Sequence record: NC_042136.1
Reading direction: 5' to 3' (one strand)
DNA: 64,000 nucleotides
The translations under genes and the position numbers were made by a program. The notes under the pieces were generated by a model that was given only the letters and a program-made list of their open reading frames with translations, searched no databases and had not been told where the DNA came from. The number at the start of each line of letters is the position of its first letter. Positions within the stretch are counted from its first letter, which is position 1. This document shows, in pieces, positions 9,590-20,732 of the stretch.

Positions 9590-10628
9590 CAGGTACCCAC
9601 CATTCTAGTTCCATGGTATTAATATTAATCCATGGGTAAGCTTTGTAGTTATTGTCTAGGAATTCAGTTCGGTCTATTTTACGATAATGTTTATGACGTT
9701 TACCGTCAGCCATATCTTCATTAAACTTCACTGTTGCTCCGTTGAAAGCATCCACACATTCAAAAGTGTCCGCACGAGCACCGATACTTTTGAATTGCAC
9801 ATCAAAGGTATCTTGTCCGGGACCACGCCGACCAGCTTGAGTCATATCTATGCTCGCCAAACTACCTTGAGGGTGTGTGGTCGGAACCGAGCTAATGGTC
9901 ATGTAGATCGATTCAATATTCACCATGTTCGGGTTTAAGAACAAATGATAGATACGAGTATCAAAGTCCCAATAGTTTTGGTATTGTGCTTCCCAGTACG
10001 GTTCCATTCCGTGATCACCTAAACGGACTTCAGGGATGTAATGCTCCCACACACCAAACAAATAAGGAAGTATCCCGCCCTTTACGTTTTTGTAAGTCTG
10101 GTTAATGGTGATGATACCATTGGTTTCCATGATACCTTCAATCCATTGATAGACTTCCTGACGTATCCCGGGTTGAGTGGTGCTGGACTCGAGTTCCAAA
10201 TCAGGGAAACCATCAGACTTTTGTAACAAGTTGGTTAATAACGGCATCCACGCGTTCTTATTATCTAGAGCAGGATGGTTGTAAGTTCGACCGACACGAT
10301 AGTCTAATAAACCACGTATATAACCCCCTAAAGAGTTAGAGTCAGCTTTGAACAACTTAGCGAATCTGGGGGACTTAGAAACGTTTTCATCACTGAGGTT
10401 CAATACAGGTCGAGGGATGAACATTAATCCTATGATGTCATCAGCCATAGGTGCGAGTTGAACGCCACTGCCCAATATTTTTATGCCATGTAAAATATTG
10501 CCGAGTGGACTTAGATAACTACCACCACCGTTTTCTTTGAAGACGTCGTTTAACCAAACTTTTACTTTGGGATCGACTTCTCCAGTAAACGGATTTAGAT
10601 TATCCGGTTGTTTGTCAATATTGTCCAT
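9579..10628 (-). CDS. conserved virion/tail protein (phiKZ gp88-like)
   Basis: 349 aa, coupled to the wedge-like gene; synteny only. Confidence 0.5.
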   Translation of the reverse strand: MDNIDKQPDNLNPFTGEVDPKVKVWLNDVFKENGGGSYLSPLGNILHGIKILGSGVQLAPMADDIIGLMFIPRPVLNLSDENVSKSPRFAKLFKADSNSLGGYIRGLLDYRVGRTYNHPALDNKNAWMPLLTNLLQKSDGFPDLELESSTTQPGIRQEVYQWIEGIMETNGIITINQTYKNVKGGILPYLFGVWEHYIPEVRLGDHGMEPYWEAQYQNYWDFDTRIYHLFLNPNMVNIESIYMTISSVPTTHPQGSLASIDMTQAGRRGPGQDTFDVQFKSIGARADTFECVDAFNGATVKFNEDMADGKRHKHYRKIDRTEFLDNNYKAYPWININTMELEWWVPDER

Positions 10629-10665
10629 TTCTTATTTCCAAATTAATTAACTTAGAGAGATTATT

Positions 10666-11823
10666 ATGAGCTTTTTCGTTAGTCTAGGGAACACGTTAGC
10701 GTCAACTGCTAAGGCTGTTCTCGGTGGTACAGAATTTGAAGCTGTCGCAACAGCCGCCGAGGTTGGTGCAAAACACGGTGGCGCAGCCTACGGGACCGCT
10801 CAAGGTCAAAGTGTGGTTGCCGCAGCTCAAAAAACAATGATTCGTCCAATGGTTGTTATTGAGCAAAATCTAGTCCATCAGGACTATGCTACCGACCTAA
10901 TGACAATCATACAATTGCGTGATATTCAGGCTACTCTGACACATTTACGCATGCAAGGTACGATCGCTGGCGTGCAAATTGAGAAGTACATTGACCCTAT
11001 TCGTCCTACTCGTATGGCGGGACGTCGTCTGGGTAGCTTCGGTGGTCTGGAGTCATTCGGTGGGACTCACCTAGTGAAACCTGAACCTAAAGTTGATGGT
11101 CAAGAAGCACTAGATAATAAAGAAGAGAAACAAACACCAGATGGTGTTAACATCGATTCTAAAGCTGTGCAGACTGTGTTGACTGAATACACACCGTTAG
11201 CCCTAGGTCGTACGGTAGATGCACAAATCACGTTAGATAACAAAACGATTACGTTCCCTCTAACGTTCCGTCAAATCCCGGTACCTATGGGACAACGTGA
11301 TCTAGAACGTGTGTTCGATCACGCGAAAGGTGAAGACTCTTGGAAAACACGTTTTGATAAACTTGACGTGGGTATGATTACTACACCAGAACTACTTACT
11401 GGTCGTGATGTAATCAAAGAGAAATTCCGTGTACGTTTGGACGACCTTAAAGCCAACACGAAATACATCAACGATTCTATCGAACGTCAACGCAACCATA
11501 TCGTGAAAGCCGCTAAGACAGGTGAGATGTCCATGAACAACATGGCGAACACTTTTGTTATTAGCGACACGACTGCTCGTCAAATCGAGTTAGTAACGGG
11601 CAAACGTTTTGATAATGTTTCTCAACGTGAAACTTTGTGGAAAGGTTTGAGTGCAAACACGATTGTTATCTGTAACGAAGCACGTGGTTTGTTTACTTTC
11701 TACACCATGGGTATCAAGTTGCCTGAGCAATACACTCGCAACGACATCAAACAAAAAGCAGCTAAAGAGTCTAGTGTAGGTTCTCTGGCAGACATCATGA
11801 AACTTCTTAACGGTGGTATGTAA
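10666..11823 (+). CDS. internal head (inner-body-like) protein
   Basis: GGLE-SF and DGQE-A processing-like sites; first gene of head-protein cluster. Confidence 0.6.
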   Translation: MSFFVSLGNTLASTAKAVLGGTEFEAVATAAEVGAKHGGAAYGTAQGQSVVAAAQKTMIRPMVVIEQNLVHQDYATDLMTIIQLRDIQATLTHLRMQGTIAGVQIEKYIDPIRPTRMAGRRLGSFGGLESFGGTHLVKPEPKVDGQEALDNKEEKQTPDGVNIDSKAVQTVLTEYTPLALGRTVDAQITLDNKTITFPLTFRQIPVPMGQRDLERVFDHAKGEDSWKTRFDKLDVGMITTPELLTGRDVIKEKFRVRLDDLKANTKYINDSIERQRNHIVKAAKTGEMSMNNMANTFVISDTTARQIELVTGKRFDNVSQRETLWKGLSANTIVICNEARGLFTFYTMGIKLPEQYTRNDIKQKAAKESSVGSLADIMKLLNGGM

Positions 11824-12704
11824 TGAACATCATTGAATTTCGAAAACAACTTAAACCAGTCAAGAAACAAGATTTGTTGACTTTACTTAAAAACCACAAA
11901 GATTTCGTAGAAGGGATTCAAGACAACCTTCGTTTGTTGGAGTCTGACGGTGTAGAACTAAGTAAAGTTCTAATGGGCTGGTATGAACACCAACGTTTCA
12001 GCAAAGCGTGCCGTGCGACCACATCGAACTCTATTGCAGACGAAACCATCATTAAAGTGGCTTCTGAATCTATCGCGGCATTACTTACTTTGTTAGAGAA
12101 AGACTTCAAAGCAGGTCCTAACCTACTTGGTAAAGAAACCGTGACCATCCAACAAGTCAACGGTTTGATGTTAGACTCTTACATCACTTTTTGGGTAGAC
12201 TACTTATCTCGCCTCATGGACATGGCTACGTCTATGATGGTGAAAAACAAGCCAGCGGATAAAGTGGCACAAAAACCTGACTTAGAGTTCCTAAGTAAAA
12301 ACATTGATCGTTTTGGCGAACTAACGCACTTGTTCTTTGAACGCGGTGGTATCATCCTTAAACGTTACCGTTCTTCTCCTAAGATCGTAGCGGATGAGCA
12401 AACCATTGATGTGCTAGAACAAACCAAAGGTAAAGACTCAACGTTGGTACTAGCAACCAAACACATCGCCCCGCACAACTTCAACCCGGTCTACTGGTGG
12501 GATTACTGGATGATGGAAAACGCGCTTAAGTCTTATGAGCGTCACCAGAACTCCATCGAAGCGAATGCACAGAAGATCAGCTACTATCAAGATCTTCAAC
12601 ACCAAAACCCTTCTCCAGCTAACGAACTCATGATCGCTAAGCTAGAAGACCGCATCGTTAAAGCCCAAGCCGCAATGGAAGACATTGAAGCGAAATACGC
12701 CTAA
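11823..12704 (+). CDS. internal head protein
   Basis: 293-aa helical protein in head cluster; synteny. Confidence 0.55.
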   Translation: MNIIEFRKQLKPVKKQDLLTLLKNHKDFVEGIQDNLRLLESDGVELSKVLMGWYEHQRFSKACRATTSNSIADETIIKVASESIAALLTLLEKDFKAGPNLLGKETVTIQQVNGLMLDSYITFWVDYLSRLMDMATSMMVKNKPADKVAQKPDLEFLSKNIDRFGELTHLFFERGGIILKRYRSSPKIVADEQTIDVLEQTKGKDSTLVLATKHIAPHNFNPVYWWDYWMMENALKSYERHQNSIEANAQKISYYQDLQHQNPSPANELMIAKLEDRIVKAQAAMEDIEAKYA

Positions 12705-12715
12705 GGGAGGAAATA

Positions 12716-13234
12716 ATGAGTGATTTCCGTAAAGTAATCTACGGTTACGCCGACAGTCGTTTGATGGATCCTACTCTTACCGCCATGAACAGCATTTTAC
12801 GTGCTTACGTAAAAAGTGCGCAAGACATGGCTATGCGTATTGATCCTGCTTCTATCCAAGAAGTCCTAGATCTTGCTAACAAATTTGTTGGTGGTGATTT
12901 CAAACACTGGATGATGGCAAACTACGACCACGGTCTAGGTCCGCGAGCACGCTTAATCCGCATGATCGCTAAATACCTAGATGGTGGTATTTCTGACCGC
13001 ACACTAAGCCAAACTATCACTGCGGATGAACAGTACGTTACGACGACTGATCTTAAGTACGTGAAAGGTGCTTATCGTGGTGCAGTCGATCATCGTGATT
13101 ACGATGACATTGAACGTGTTATCGATAATCTTAAAGAAGATGATTTGTATCGTCTGGTCGAAGGGATTGGTCCTCAACTCTTTGCTCGTATGTTAATTAC
13201 CTTTAATGGAGAGTCAGCATATGGACGAGTCTGA
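12716..13234 (+). CDS. hypothetical virion-cluster protein
   Basis: 172 aa, SD GGAGG. Confidence 0.65.
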   Translation: MSDFRKVIYGYADSRLMDPTLTAMNSILRAYVKSAQDMAMRIDPASIQEVLDLANKFVGGDFKHWMMANYDHGLGPRARLIRMIAKYLDGGISDRTLSQTITADEQYVTTTDLKYVKGAYRGAVDHRDYDDIERVIDNLKEDDLYRLVEGIGPQLFARMLITFNGESAYGRV

Positions 13235-14492
13235 TCTAAACGAAGAGTTAGCGTCTATCAACGTTGTAACGTCCCCAGAACTAGCTGAACAAGCAACAGA
13301 GGGTCGTGACCTAGTACGTCTACAAGACGACATTCAACAGTCAATGGATCGTGTAGCGGCTATCAAGACAGTATTAGGTAACACGGAACCTAAAGACGTA
13401 ACGTTGTTATTCGGCAACATTATCGATCGTCAACTAGAACGTGTCGGTGTTCGTTCATTCAAAGAAGTGGATGGCTTAGAATCTCTAGGCCGTAGTATGA
13501 CACCTCGTCAATACCTAGATAGTCGCATCGCTGGATGTGAATCTTTCTTAAGCGAATTCGCTGATTGGACGAAGAACATCACTAAAAGCTTCTTATCGGA
13601 CGTCGTAGAGCGTCTAGCGTCGATTCGTCAAGACCATGAATCATTGGTCAAGAAATCCAACGCGTTGATGGAGATTGCCAAGAACCAAACCACGGTGTTC
13701 CCTAAAGACCACCTCAAACTGGGAATGGCAAACCGTGTGTTGTTGATCAACGGTCAGATGCCTAAAGATCTGGTTGCACAAGTCAACCGTTTCTCAGCAA
13801 CGACTCGAGCTATCACAACGAACTTCTACCGTATGAACCAAGCAAACACCAATGAGATCATTTCTTACTTTGGTGGTTTTGTTGGTAAGTCTGAAGAAGA
13901 AGCACGTCAGCGTTTGCTAATGATGCCGAAAGCTTTATCTAAATACCAGTTTAAAGAAGCCATGTTCCCGGTCAAAGAAGAAACAGACCAAGTTCATACT
14001 ACACGCGCTAGTGTGGAACTTATGGGTGACCGTCGTTACTTTAACTCGGTATTAGTACAACGTGACCCACTGAACAGTCAAAACGAGTTATCTGATTGGT
14101 TAGAACTTTACCGTAAATACGAAATCATCGAACTTCGTAAAGGTGAACGTGTCGACCAAGACGATCTAGAACTCACTGGCTTGGACCGCAGTAGCGTGGA
14201 TAAAGCCCTGAAAATGATTTCAGTTACTTTACGTGATATGGAAGCGCTGTTCAAAGAAGGTGATCGTTATTTGGTCAACGGTGACGAATATCGTAAGTTG
14301 CTGAATGTGGTGAAAGAAGGTGAGTGGACTGGTGAGCTTAAAGCAGACATCATTAACTCCTTTACTTCTTTGATCATGACTCGTAACAGTGAACAAGTCA
14401 AAATGCGTTCAGATGTGGTCCGTTACTCTACGTTAGTAATGATGGCTGTAATGAATGTGTGTGACGCATCAATGGAGCGTGACAATGGATAA
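13221..14492 (+). CDS. internal head protein, phiKZ_IP-like family
   Basis: likely start 13221 (SD GGAG; track start 13206); DGLE-S and AGCE-SF sites. Confidence 0.65.
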   Translation: MDESDLNEELASINVVTSPELAEQATEGRDLVRLQDDIQQSMDRVAAIKTVLGNTEPKDVTLLFGNIIDRQLERVGVRSFKEVDGLESLGRSMTPRQYLDSRIAGCESFLSEFADWTKNITKSFLSDVVERLASIRQDHESLVKKSNALMEIAKNQTTVFPKDHLKLGMANRVLLINGQMPKDLVAQVNRFSATTRAITTNFYRMNQANTNEIISYFGGFVGKSEEEARQRLLMMPKALSKYQFKEAMFPVKEETDQVHTTRASVELMGDRRYFNSVLVQRDPLNSQNELSDWLELYRKYEIIELRKGERVDQDDLELTGLDRSSVDKALKMISVTLRDMEALFKEGDRYLVNGDEYRKLLNVVKEGEWTGELKADIINSFTSLIMTRNSEQVKMRSDVVRYSTLVMMAVMNVCDASMERDNG

Positions 14493-15447
14493 CCCTGAGT
14501 ACACCCGAGAAGAACTACAGCGTGCTTTACAAGGCTTATCAGGTGAGGAATCCCTATTAAGTGACATTAAGTCCGCGCTGGGTTTTGAAACCAGTAAGGT
14601 GGAACAGGTAAAAGGTCTGGCAGACGGTAGTCTAGTCAACCAGTTTGCTCTAGGAGCAAATACGGTGGGTCGTCTAACCGCGAAGGCATTGGGGTATAAT
14701 GCAGGGGTGATCTCATCCCTGTTAACTCGTGTTAATTCGGTAGAAACCCATGACGTCTCGTGTTCTGGTAAGCTGATCAGTGACTTAACCGCCGAAGGTA
14801 ATCTAGACCATTTACTTCGTGATCAGAAAACCTTATCGGACACGATCTCTACGGTAATGAAATACCAAAGTGAACTAGAGTCGTACGGTAAAGAAATCCA
14901 GACGTTATTGAAAGCCGCATCAAATGCGAAAGATAACGCTGGTCTTACCGAAATCGCGACTAAGGTTGACATGGTGAAGTACCCGCCACTTAAGCTTGAT
15001 AAGAAAAATGGAGAGAACGACTACGAAAGTCAAGTTCTTCCAGCGGGCAAAGTGATCGGTAGTAAAGTTACTGCAAATGGTGCTTCTTATTCTTTCGACG
15101 GTTCTGGTGAATCCGTTGGAGCTCAAGATTACCATGTAGAGAAGTCAGACCTAAACAAATTCCTAAACCAAATGAAGTGGATCAACACCCAACAAAAAGC
15201 GTTGAGTGAAATGATTAACCGTTACGCCAAATTCGTTAAAGAGTGGGGTAATACGGTGAAAGATCTACAAACCAATTTGGATAAGACGGAAGGATTAAGT
15301 AAGAGCGTCACTAACCAACTGGTGACTAAGATGTCTCTTCCTACTCCTCAAGTGGAATTTTACACTTCTTTCTTACCACGTGTAATTGCTTACATTAACT
15401 ATTACGTGACACAAGGTTGCGACTTAGTAACCGAAGTCAGTAAATAA
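14485..15447 (+). CDS. internal head protein
   Basis: likely start 14485 (SD GGAG; track start 14455); SGEE-S site near N-terminus. Confidence 0.6.
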   Translation: MDNPEYTREELQRALQGLSGEESLLSDIKSALGFETSKVEQVKGLADGSLVNQFALGANTVGRLTAKALGYNAGVISSLLTRVNSVETHDVSCSGKLISDLTAEGNLDHLLRDQKTLSDTISTVMKYQSELESYGKEIQTLLKAASNAKDNAGLTEIATKVDMVKYPPLKLDKKNGENDYESQVLPAGKVIGSKVTANGASYSFDGSGESVGAQDYHVEKSDLNKFLNQMKWINTQQKALSEMINRYAKFVKEWGNTVKDLQTNLDKTEGLSKSVTNQLVTKMSLPTPQVEFYTSFLPRVIAYINYYVTQGCDLVTEVSK

Positions 15448-15456
15448 GGAGACGTC

Positions 15457-16758
15457 ATGTCTTTATCTGTTAAAGCTATTTTAGCCGCGCAAGCAGGTTG
15501 TGAAGATCTATTACCTACACCACCGGTTGCCGATCCAGAACTAACTCCACTGGAACAACACGAGTTAGAAGATGACTTAGCCCACGCTAAGCTCGCTAAC
15601 GAAATTCAAGAGAACTCGAAAGAGATCCAAAAACTAGGCGATGCCGTAGAAACCATCGACGAAGAAGTCGAAGAACTGGAACAGGTTGTTGATGGCATGG
15701 AGTTCCTATGTGCTCAACCTGAACTGAATCGTGGTGCCATTGATATCCTTTACCGTCGTGCTGTTAAACTTTCTCACAACCTAGGGGGTGAAGAAGTCCA
15801 GCCGGTAGCGGGTAACGAATCACTAGCAACCGACGATGCTTACCGTGCGGAAGTTGTCGCTGGTTGTGAAGGTTTCATGGACACTGCTAAGAAGGCCTTT
15901 AAGTCTGCTGGTGATTTCATCAAACGACTGTTCTTCCGTTTGGTGGATAACGTGGTGGCGTTCTTTAAACTCTCTTCTGACTTAACAGCTAAAGCTGAGA
16001 AAATGAAGAAAGAGCACAAAGACCACAATGTTAAAGCTAAGATCAAGCTTGGTGCATGGAACCGTTGGATTGACAAAAATATGTCCAGCACAGATAGTCT
16101 GTTTGCCGACCTAGGTAAAGCTCAGCACAAGTTCTATGAAATCATCAAGAACAGCATGAATGTTACTGAGATCAACGAATCGCACTTAACGTCATTGCAA
16201 GGTGAAATCACTGAGTTATCTCATGCGTTTCAAAAGGCAGTGCGTGGTAACAGCGGAAACTTGATCATTTTTACTCTTGGTAGTGGACGTGAATACAAAA
16301 ACAGCCGTAACACCAACTCTGACAACTTGATCGAGTGGACTTATCCTGATGAGAGCAAGAGCAAGCCTGAGACACTGGATAAGACTGTTGCGGAATTCAG
16401 TTTCAAGTTGACCAACGGTAACCAAGAAGAATTCCAAACCAAAGCTGAGATCAGTGGTGAAGTGGATGCGTTATTTACCCACTCTCAGTTGGAAGGAATC
16501 CTTAACACGGTCATCAGCAATGCTGAATTGATCAAGTCGATCAAGAAAGATGCTGAAAGCGCTAAAAGCAATGTGTCTGATATCGTGAACCGTCTAACTA
16601 AGCTAGAGTCCGGTAAAGGTGACGACAAAGCCACTAAGGTGTACGTCGCTACGCTAAAAGCACTTGCGTCTAAGTACACTCAACTTTCTAACAATCTGTG
16701 TCGTTTGATCACAGAAATCGATAAAGCGAAACTGGCCGCGGTTAAAGCACACTACTAA
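15457..16758 (+). CDS. internal head protein, phiKZ_IP-like paralogue
   Basis: AGCE, DGME, GNE-S, AGCE-GFMDT sites; acidic coiled-coil propeptide; K-x-KLG-x-W motif shared with paralogues. Confidence 0.75.
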   Translation: MSLSVKAILAAQAGCEDLLPTPPVADPELTPLEQHELEDDLAHAKLANEIQENSKEIQKLGDAVETIDEEVEELEQVVDGMEFLCAQPELNRGAIDILYRRAVKLSHNLGGEEVQPVAGNESLATDDAYRAEVVAGCEGFMDTAKKAFKSAGDFIKRLFFRLVDNVVAFFKLSSDLTAKAEKMKKEHKDHNVKAKIKLGAWNRWIDKNMSSTDSLFADLGKAQHKFYEIIKNSMNVTEINESHLTSLQGEITELSHAFQKAVRGNSGNLIIFTLGSGREYKNSRNTNSDNLIEWTYPDESKSKPETLDKTVAEFSFKLTNGNQEEFQTKAEISGEVDALFTHSQLEGILNTVISNAELIKSIKKDAESAKSNVSDIVNRLTKLESGKGDDKATKVYVATLKALASKYTQLSNNLCRLITEIDKAKLAAVKAHY

Positions 16759-16762
16759 ATAA

Positions 16763-16790
16763 AAGGGTCGGGGTTACGGCCCCGACCCTT
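16763..16790 (+). terminator. intrinsic terminator hairpin
   Basis: 11-bp stem AAGGGTCGGGG/CCCCGACCCTT. Confidence 0.7.
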
Positions 16791-16823
16791 ATTATTGGTA
16801 ATTAAAGTCAAAAAGGAAAGGTA

Positions 16824-17993
16824 ATGAAAAACAACGTCACACAAGCTCTGCGTATTTTGGCAGGGATGGAATCAGCCCCAGTAGAACTTGATTTGGAACA
16901 ACAAACCGTATTGGTTGAAGAAGTGGAAACCGTGCGTGCCGAGAATGAAGCAAATGAAGTGGCTTCTGAAATCACGGCTATGGTGAAAGAATCTGACCAA
17001 CGTGTTGAACATGAAACTGAGCTCGAACAAGTAGTAGACGGTTTAGAGTTCCTAAAGCAAAACCCTAACCCACAAGCCATGGTTCTGCTTTACGACCGCG
17101 CTGATCGTCTGCACGTTAAGCTTGGTGGTCAAACCACTAAACCGCGTGCTGGTTTAGAATCTATCGATACTCGTACCTTGGATGCACACGTCATTGTAGG
17201 TTGTGAGTCTTTCATGGATACCCTAAAACAAGGTGCTGACAACACGTTACAATTCTTAAAGTCTATTTGGAAACGTTTGGTAGAATACTTCAAAGCGAAG
17301 TTCTCTGAAACCGGTAAGATGAAGAAGCGTGCTGAAGAACTTAAGAAAAAACTTCAAGATGGCGCTGAACTAAAAGACGACCCTAAAGCGGGTCCTTGGT
17401 ATCAATTCTTAGAATATGCTAAGAAAGGGTGTGGTGCATTCGCCGGTAGTATTACATCAATGATCGAAATAATCGGACTACTGAACAACGGTACCGGTGA
17501 ACAAGTCATCAAGACTGCTCCAATACTTCATTCAATGTGTGAAGACATCCGCAAAGGTTCGCCTTCAGGAGCATCGATCAAAAAGAATGGTATCTGGACG
17601 GTTAATGCCGACGAGGGCGCGTTGGTCATCTACCCAGAGAAAGTACCTACTAACGCAGATGATGCTGTCGAGTTCTTCACTAAAGTCCGTATGGAGCTTA
17701 AGAAGTTTGAAGCTCCTAAAACCCAACCTGTTCTTAAACAAGGCGATCGTTCTAACTTGATTTCGACGTGTGAAGTGGTTTTATCTAACTTAGAAGAGAT
17801 CGGTGTTCTACAGAAGAAGATCGAGAACCAAGAGAAAAGCTTGGAAACTTCTTTGAAAGACATCGATAAAGCCGAAGCTCGTTTGATCCGCGCACAAAAC
17901 AACGCGATTGTTCGTTTGAGCACGTCGTCTTTGAACATGCGCATCCGTTCATCTAAAGCTCTACTAGAAATGGTATCGGCTTACATTAAGTAA
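16824..17993 (+). CDS. internal head protein, phiKZ_IP-like paralogue
   Basis: AGME-S, DGLE-F, AGLE-S, VGCE-SFMDT; K-AGPW motif. Confidence 0.75.
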   Translation: MKNNVTQALRILAGMESAPVELDLEQQTVLVEEVETVRAENEANEVASEITAMVKESDQRVEHETELEQVVDGLEFLKQNPNPQAMVLLYDRADRLHVKLGGQTTKPRAGLESIDTRTLDAHVIVGCESFMDTLKQGADNTLQFLKSIWKRLVEYFKAKFSETGKMKKRAEELKKKLQDGAELKDDPKAGPWYQFLEYAKKGCGAFAGSITSMIEIIGLLNNGTGEQVIKTAPILHSMCEDIRKGSPSGASIKKNGIWTVNADEGALVIYPEKVPTNADDAVEFFTKVRMELKKFEAPKTQPVLKQGDRSNLISTCEVVLSNLEEIGVLQKKIENQEKSLETSLKDIDKAEARLIRAQNNAIVRLSTSSLNMRIRSSKALLEMVSAYIK

Positions 17994-18000
17994 CGTAGTC

Positions 18001-18070
18001 TAAGGTAATCTTCGGGTTACCTTATCTTAATCTATCACGGTGGATTAAGATAAGACCGGACGCGGTCTTA
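18001..18070 (+). other. three overlapping consecutive hairpins in intergenic region
   Basis: 18001-18024 (UUCG loop), 18022-18053 (11-bp stem), 18051-18070 (8-bp stem). Confidence 0.75.
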
Positions 18071-18094
18071 GTATAACCTCATGAGGAAAATATT

Positions 18095-19339
18095 ATGTCT
18101 ATCCGTAATAAACTATCAGCAATGGCTGGTATGGAATCTTTGTCCCGAGATGAAGTGACCGATGATCTCCATAAAACGATTGTTGAAAACGTTTTCGGTG
18201 ATGGAGATCAAAACTTATCTCCTTCTATTGAAGCAGAACAACAACAAGTAGACGAAGCATTAGCTGACGCTACCACTGATGTTGAAGAATCAGTAAAACT
18301 GGTAGAAACTTACCTTGAACAAGAACAAAGTCAAGAAGAAGCCGTACAAGACCTCCATAAAGCCGTAGACGGAATGGAACAGCTTTTGATGACCGAATAC
18401 ACACCGGCAACCTTAAACGCTCTCACGCGTCATACAGAGCGTTGTGCTAAACGTGTTGGTATTCCGTTTACTTTAGGTGTGTCCGGTATGGAGTCCTTTA
18501 CTCCAGCTTCTGTTTATCTGGCGATGCGTGACGGTCTGGAATCTCTTGGGAATGTAGAGCGTGATAACGTAGGTTCTATCAAAGGCGGGTATGAGCGTCT
18601 TACTCACATATGTGATGATGTTGAAAAGCGTTTTGATCGTTTACTCGTTAATTTAGAGTTACTTCGTAAACGTCTTAAAGACAACCCTGAAATCAAATCA
18701 GAGATCGCCTTAGGGGAATGGAACAAATGGTTAGACGTACGTGACCGTACACCTAGACCGATCGTTCGTCTCGTCAACTTGATGGAAGTGGAATACATCC
18801 TAGACCGTATTAAAGTCTTGGACCTCATTGCTAAAGATGACCTAACTTCAGCGAAAGCACAAGAGTTGTTATCTAAGGACGTTAAGAAGTCGGTTGATGT
18901 ATCTCGTGAACGCACCGAAGATGGTAAGAACCACACCACGTGGGAGTTCCGTTTCAACACAGCTTGTTTCTACTTTGATCTTCCTAATCAAAACGGTACT
19001 TCGTTAGAAGCCTTGAAGGTATATAACCTTCGTATGGAACCCGCGACAGATCGTTACAACTCGAAATCTAAGAATGTTTATCAGCATCTAGACACCATGT
19101 TTAGTGAGCTAGACGAAATGATTTCTATTGCTGAGGATACCCGCTCGACTTATGTTGATTGGCGTAAGTCACTAAAGACCGAAAGTGGTATGGTGGTTTC
19201 AGCATTACAATCCGGTAAAGTCGATCCTAGTAAAGCACTGGCTTACATCGGTTTACATAACCGATTCATGGTAACCGCGCAACGCGGTATTTTCGAAGTC
19301 ATTTCAGCGTACGAACATCTGTTCCGTGCCCACATCTAA
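18095..19339 (+). CDS. internal head protein, phiKZ_IP-like paralogue
   Basis: AGME-S, DGME, SGME-SF, DGLE-S; IALGEWNKW motif. Confidence 0.75.
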   Translation: MSIRNKLSAMAGMESLSRDEVTDDLHKTIVENVFGDGDQNLSPSIEAEQQQVDEALADATTDVEESVKLVETYLEQEQSQEEAVQDLHKAVDGMEQLLMTEYTPATLNALTRHTERCAKRVGIPFTLGVSGMESFTPASVYLAMRDGLESLGNVERDNVGSIKGGYERLTHICDDVEKRFDRLLVNLELLRKRLKDNPEIKSEIALGEWNKWLDVRDRTPRPIVRLVNLMEVEYILDRIKVLDLIAKDDLTSAKAQELLSKDVKKSVDVSRERTEDGKNHTTWEFRFNTACFYFDLPNQNGTSLEALKVYNLRMEPATDRYNSKSKNVYQHLDTMFSELDEMISIAEDTRSTYVDWRKSLKTESGMVVSALQSGKVDPSKALAYIGLHNRFMVTAQRGIFEVISAYEHLFRAHI

Positions 19340-19357
19340 CTTAACAAGGAACTTATT

Positions 19358-20587
19358 ATGGTTATGAAACATAACCCTTTGATTGCTGCCATGGGTATGA
19401 CACGTGTGGCGGGTTGCGAATCTCTGGATCCTTCTACCGATACGACTGAAGAAATCCCAGCGGTAGTTGAACCTACTGAAGAAGAGAAAGCTTTGTCGGA
19501 AGCTCAAGAAAAGCTGAACGAAGCAGAACAAACTCTAGGTGAAGTTCTCCAACAAGAACAAAATCACCAAGCCACGGTTAAAGAAGCAGAAGAAGCGATT
19601 GCTGGTCTAGAGTCTATGTTCCAAGGTGAGTTCGACGAAACAGTTTATCGTCAACACGTGAACACACTGCAAGGCATCAGTAAACACACACAAATTCCTC
19701 TGTCAGTGACTGTTGATGGCATGGAGTCTTTAAGCTCTGCTCAGATCTACCTGAATACCGTGAATGGTTTAGAGTCTTTCATGGATACATTGAAAGCCGC
19801 AGGTAAGACTATTAAAGAGTTGGTCATTAGAGCTTACAATGCTTTGCTTGACTTACTACGTTCATTTAAGAACTTATTCTTGGGTTTGAACGCTAAACTA
19901 GCAAACACTAAGAAACGTCTTGACGCAACGGACGAGATTAAACCTAAAGCTAAACTGGGTAAGTGGAATAAATACCTAGGTACCGAGCATTTCTCGCCAG
20001 CCGAAATTGGGTCTATGAAAATCTTAACGGAACTAATGGTTAAGGCTTCTGAAGTCAAAATCCGTGATATGGGATCCAAGGACGATCTAGCTCGTAAAAA
20101 GGCGGTTGACGAACTGGCTTATCTCATTGCTAACGAATATGGCTTTATCCAATCTAAAGACGTAGACCGCACAGCTAACAAAGAAACCTACTACATGCGC
20201 ATCGGTAACACGGAATTCGAATATACGGTTCCGATGCGTTCATTACCAGTGGATAGTCTCTTATCGTTTGGTTTTGATCTGAAGTTCATGAAAGACACTA
20301 AAGATTCCGGAGAAGTTAAGGTCTACTTGGACAAACGACACATGGCGGATGACTTAGACGAAACTATCGAATTCGCTAAACACGCGCGTGACACGTTTGA
20401 TGAGCTAGACAAAGTGATCAAACGAGAACGCGATTCTTTGGTAGCAGCCGTCCATAATCCTGAGAGTATGGACCGACCAATGTTATTAGAGGCGATCAAA
20501 ATCAAACGTTCGCTTATTGAAAAGACTGAGCGAAGCATCTTCCATATCTTAGAAGCTAAGAATAGTTTGTTCTCTGCTCACCTTTAG
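19358..20587 (+). CDS. internal head protein, phiKZ_IP-like paralogue
   Basis: AGCE-S, AGLE-S, DGME-S, NGLE-SFMDT; KAKLGKWNKY motif. Confidence 0.75.
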   Translation: MVMKHNPLIAAMGMTRVAGCESLDPSTDTTEEIPAVVEPTEEEKALSEAQEKLNEAEQTLGEVLQQEQNHQATVKEAEEAIAGLESMFQGEFDETVYRQHVNTLQGISKHTQIPLSVTVDGMESLSSAQIYLNTVNGLESFMDTLKAAGKTIKELVIRAYNALLDLLRSFKNLFLGLNAKLANTKKRLDATDEIKPKAKLGKWNKYLGTEHFSPAEIGSMKILTELMVKASEVKIRDMGSKDDLARKKAVDELAYLIANEYGFIQSKDVDRTANKETYYMRIGNTEFEYTVPMRSLPVDSLLSFGFDLKFMKDTKDSGEVKVYLDKRHMADDLDETIEFAKHARDTFDELDKVIKRERDSLVAAVHNPESMDRPMLLEAIKIKRSLIEKTERSIFHILEAKNSLFSAHL

Positions 20588-20732
20588 TCACGTATGCATT
20601 ACAGTAATTATATGTAGAATACTATAGTACTGTAGTGCTACGCTTTTCATCATTACTTCAGTGGTGGTGTTTAGATAATTTAATTAAATTCTCTAGTCAA
20701 AAGACTAAACTAATTTTAAAGGAAACATTGAT

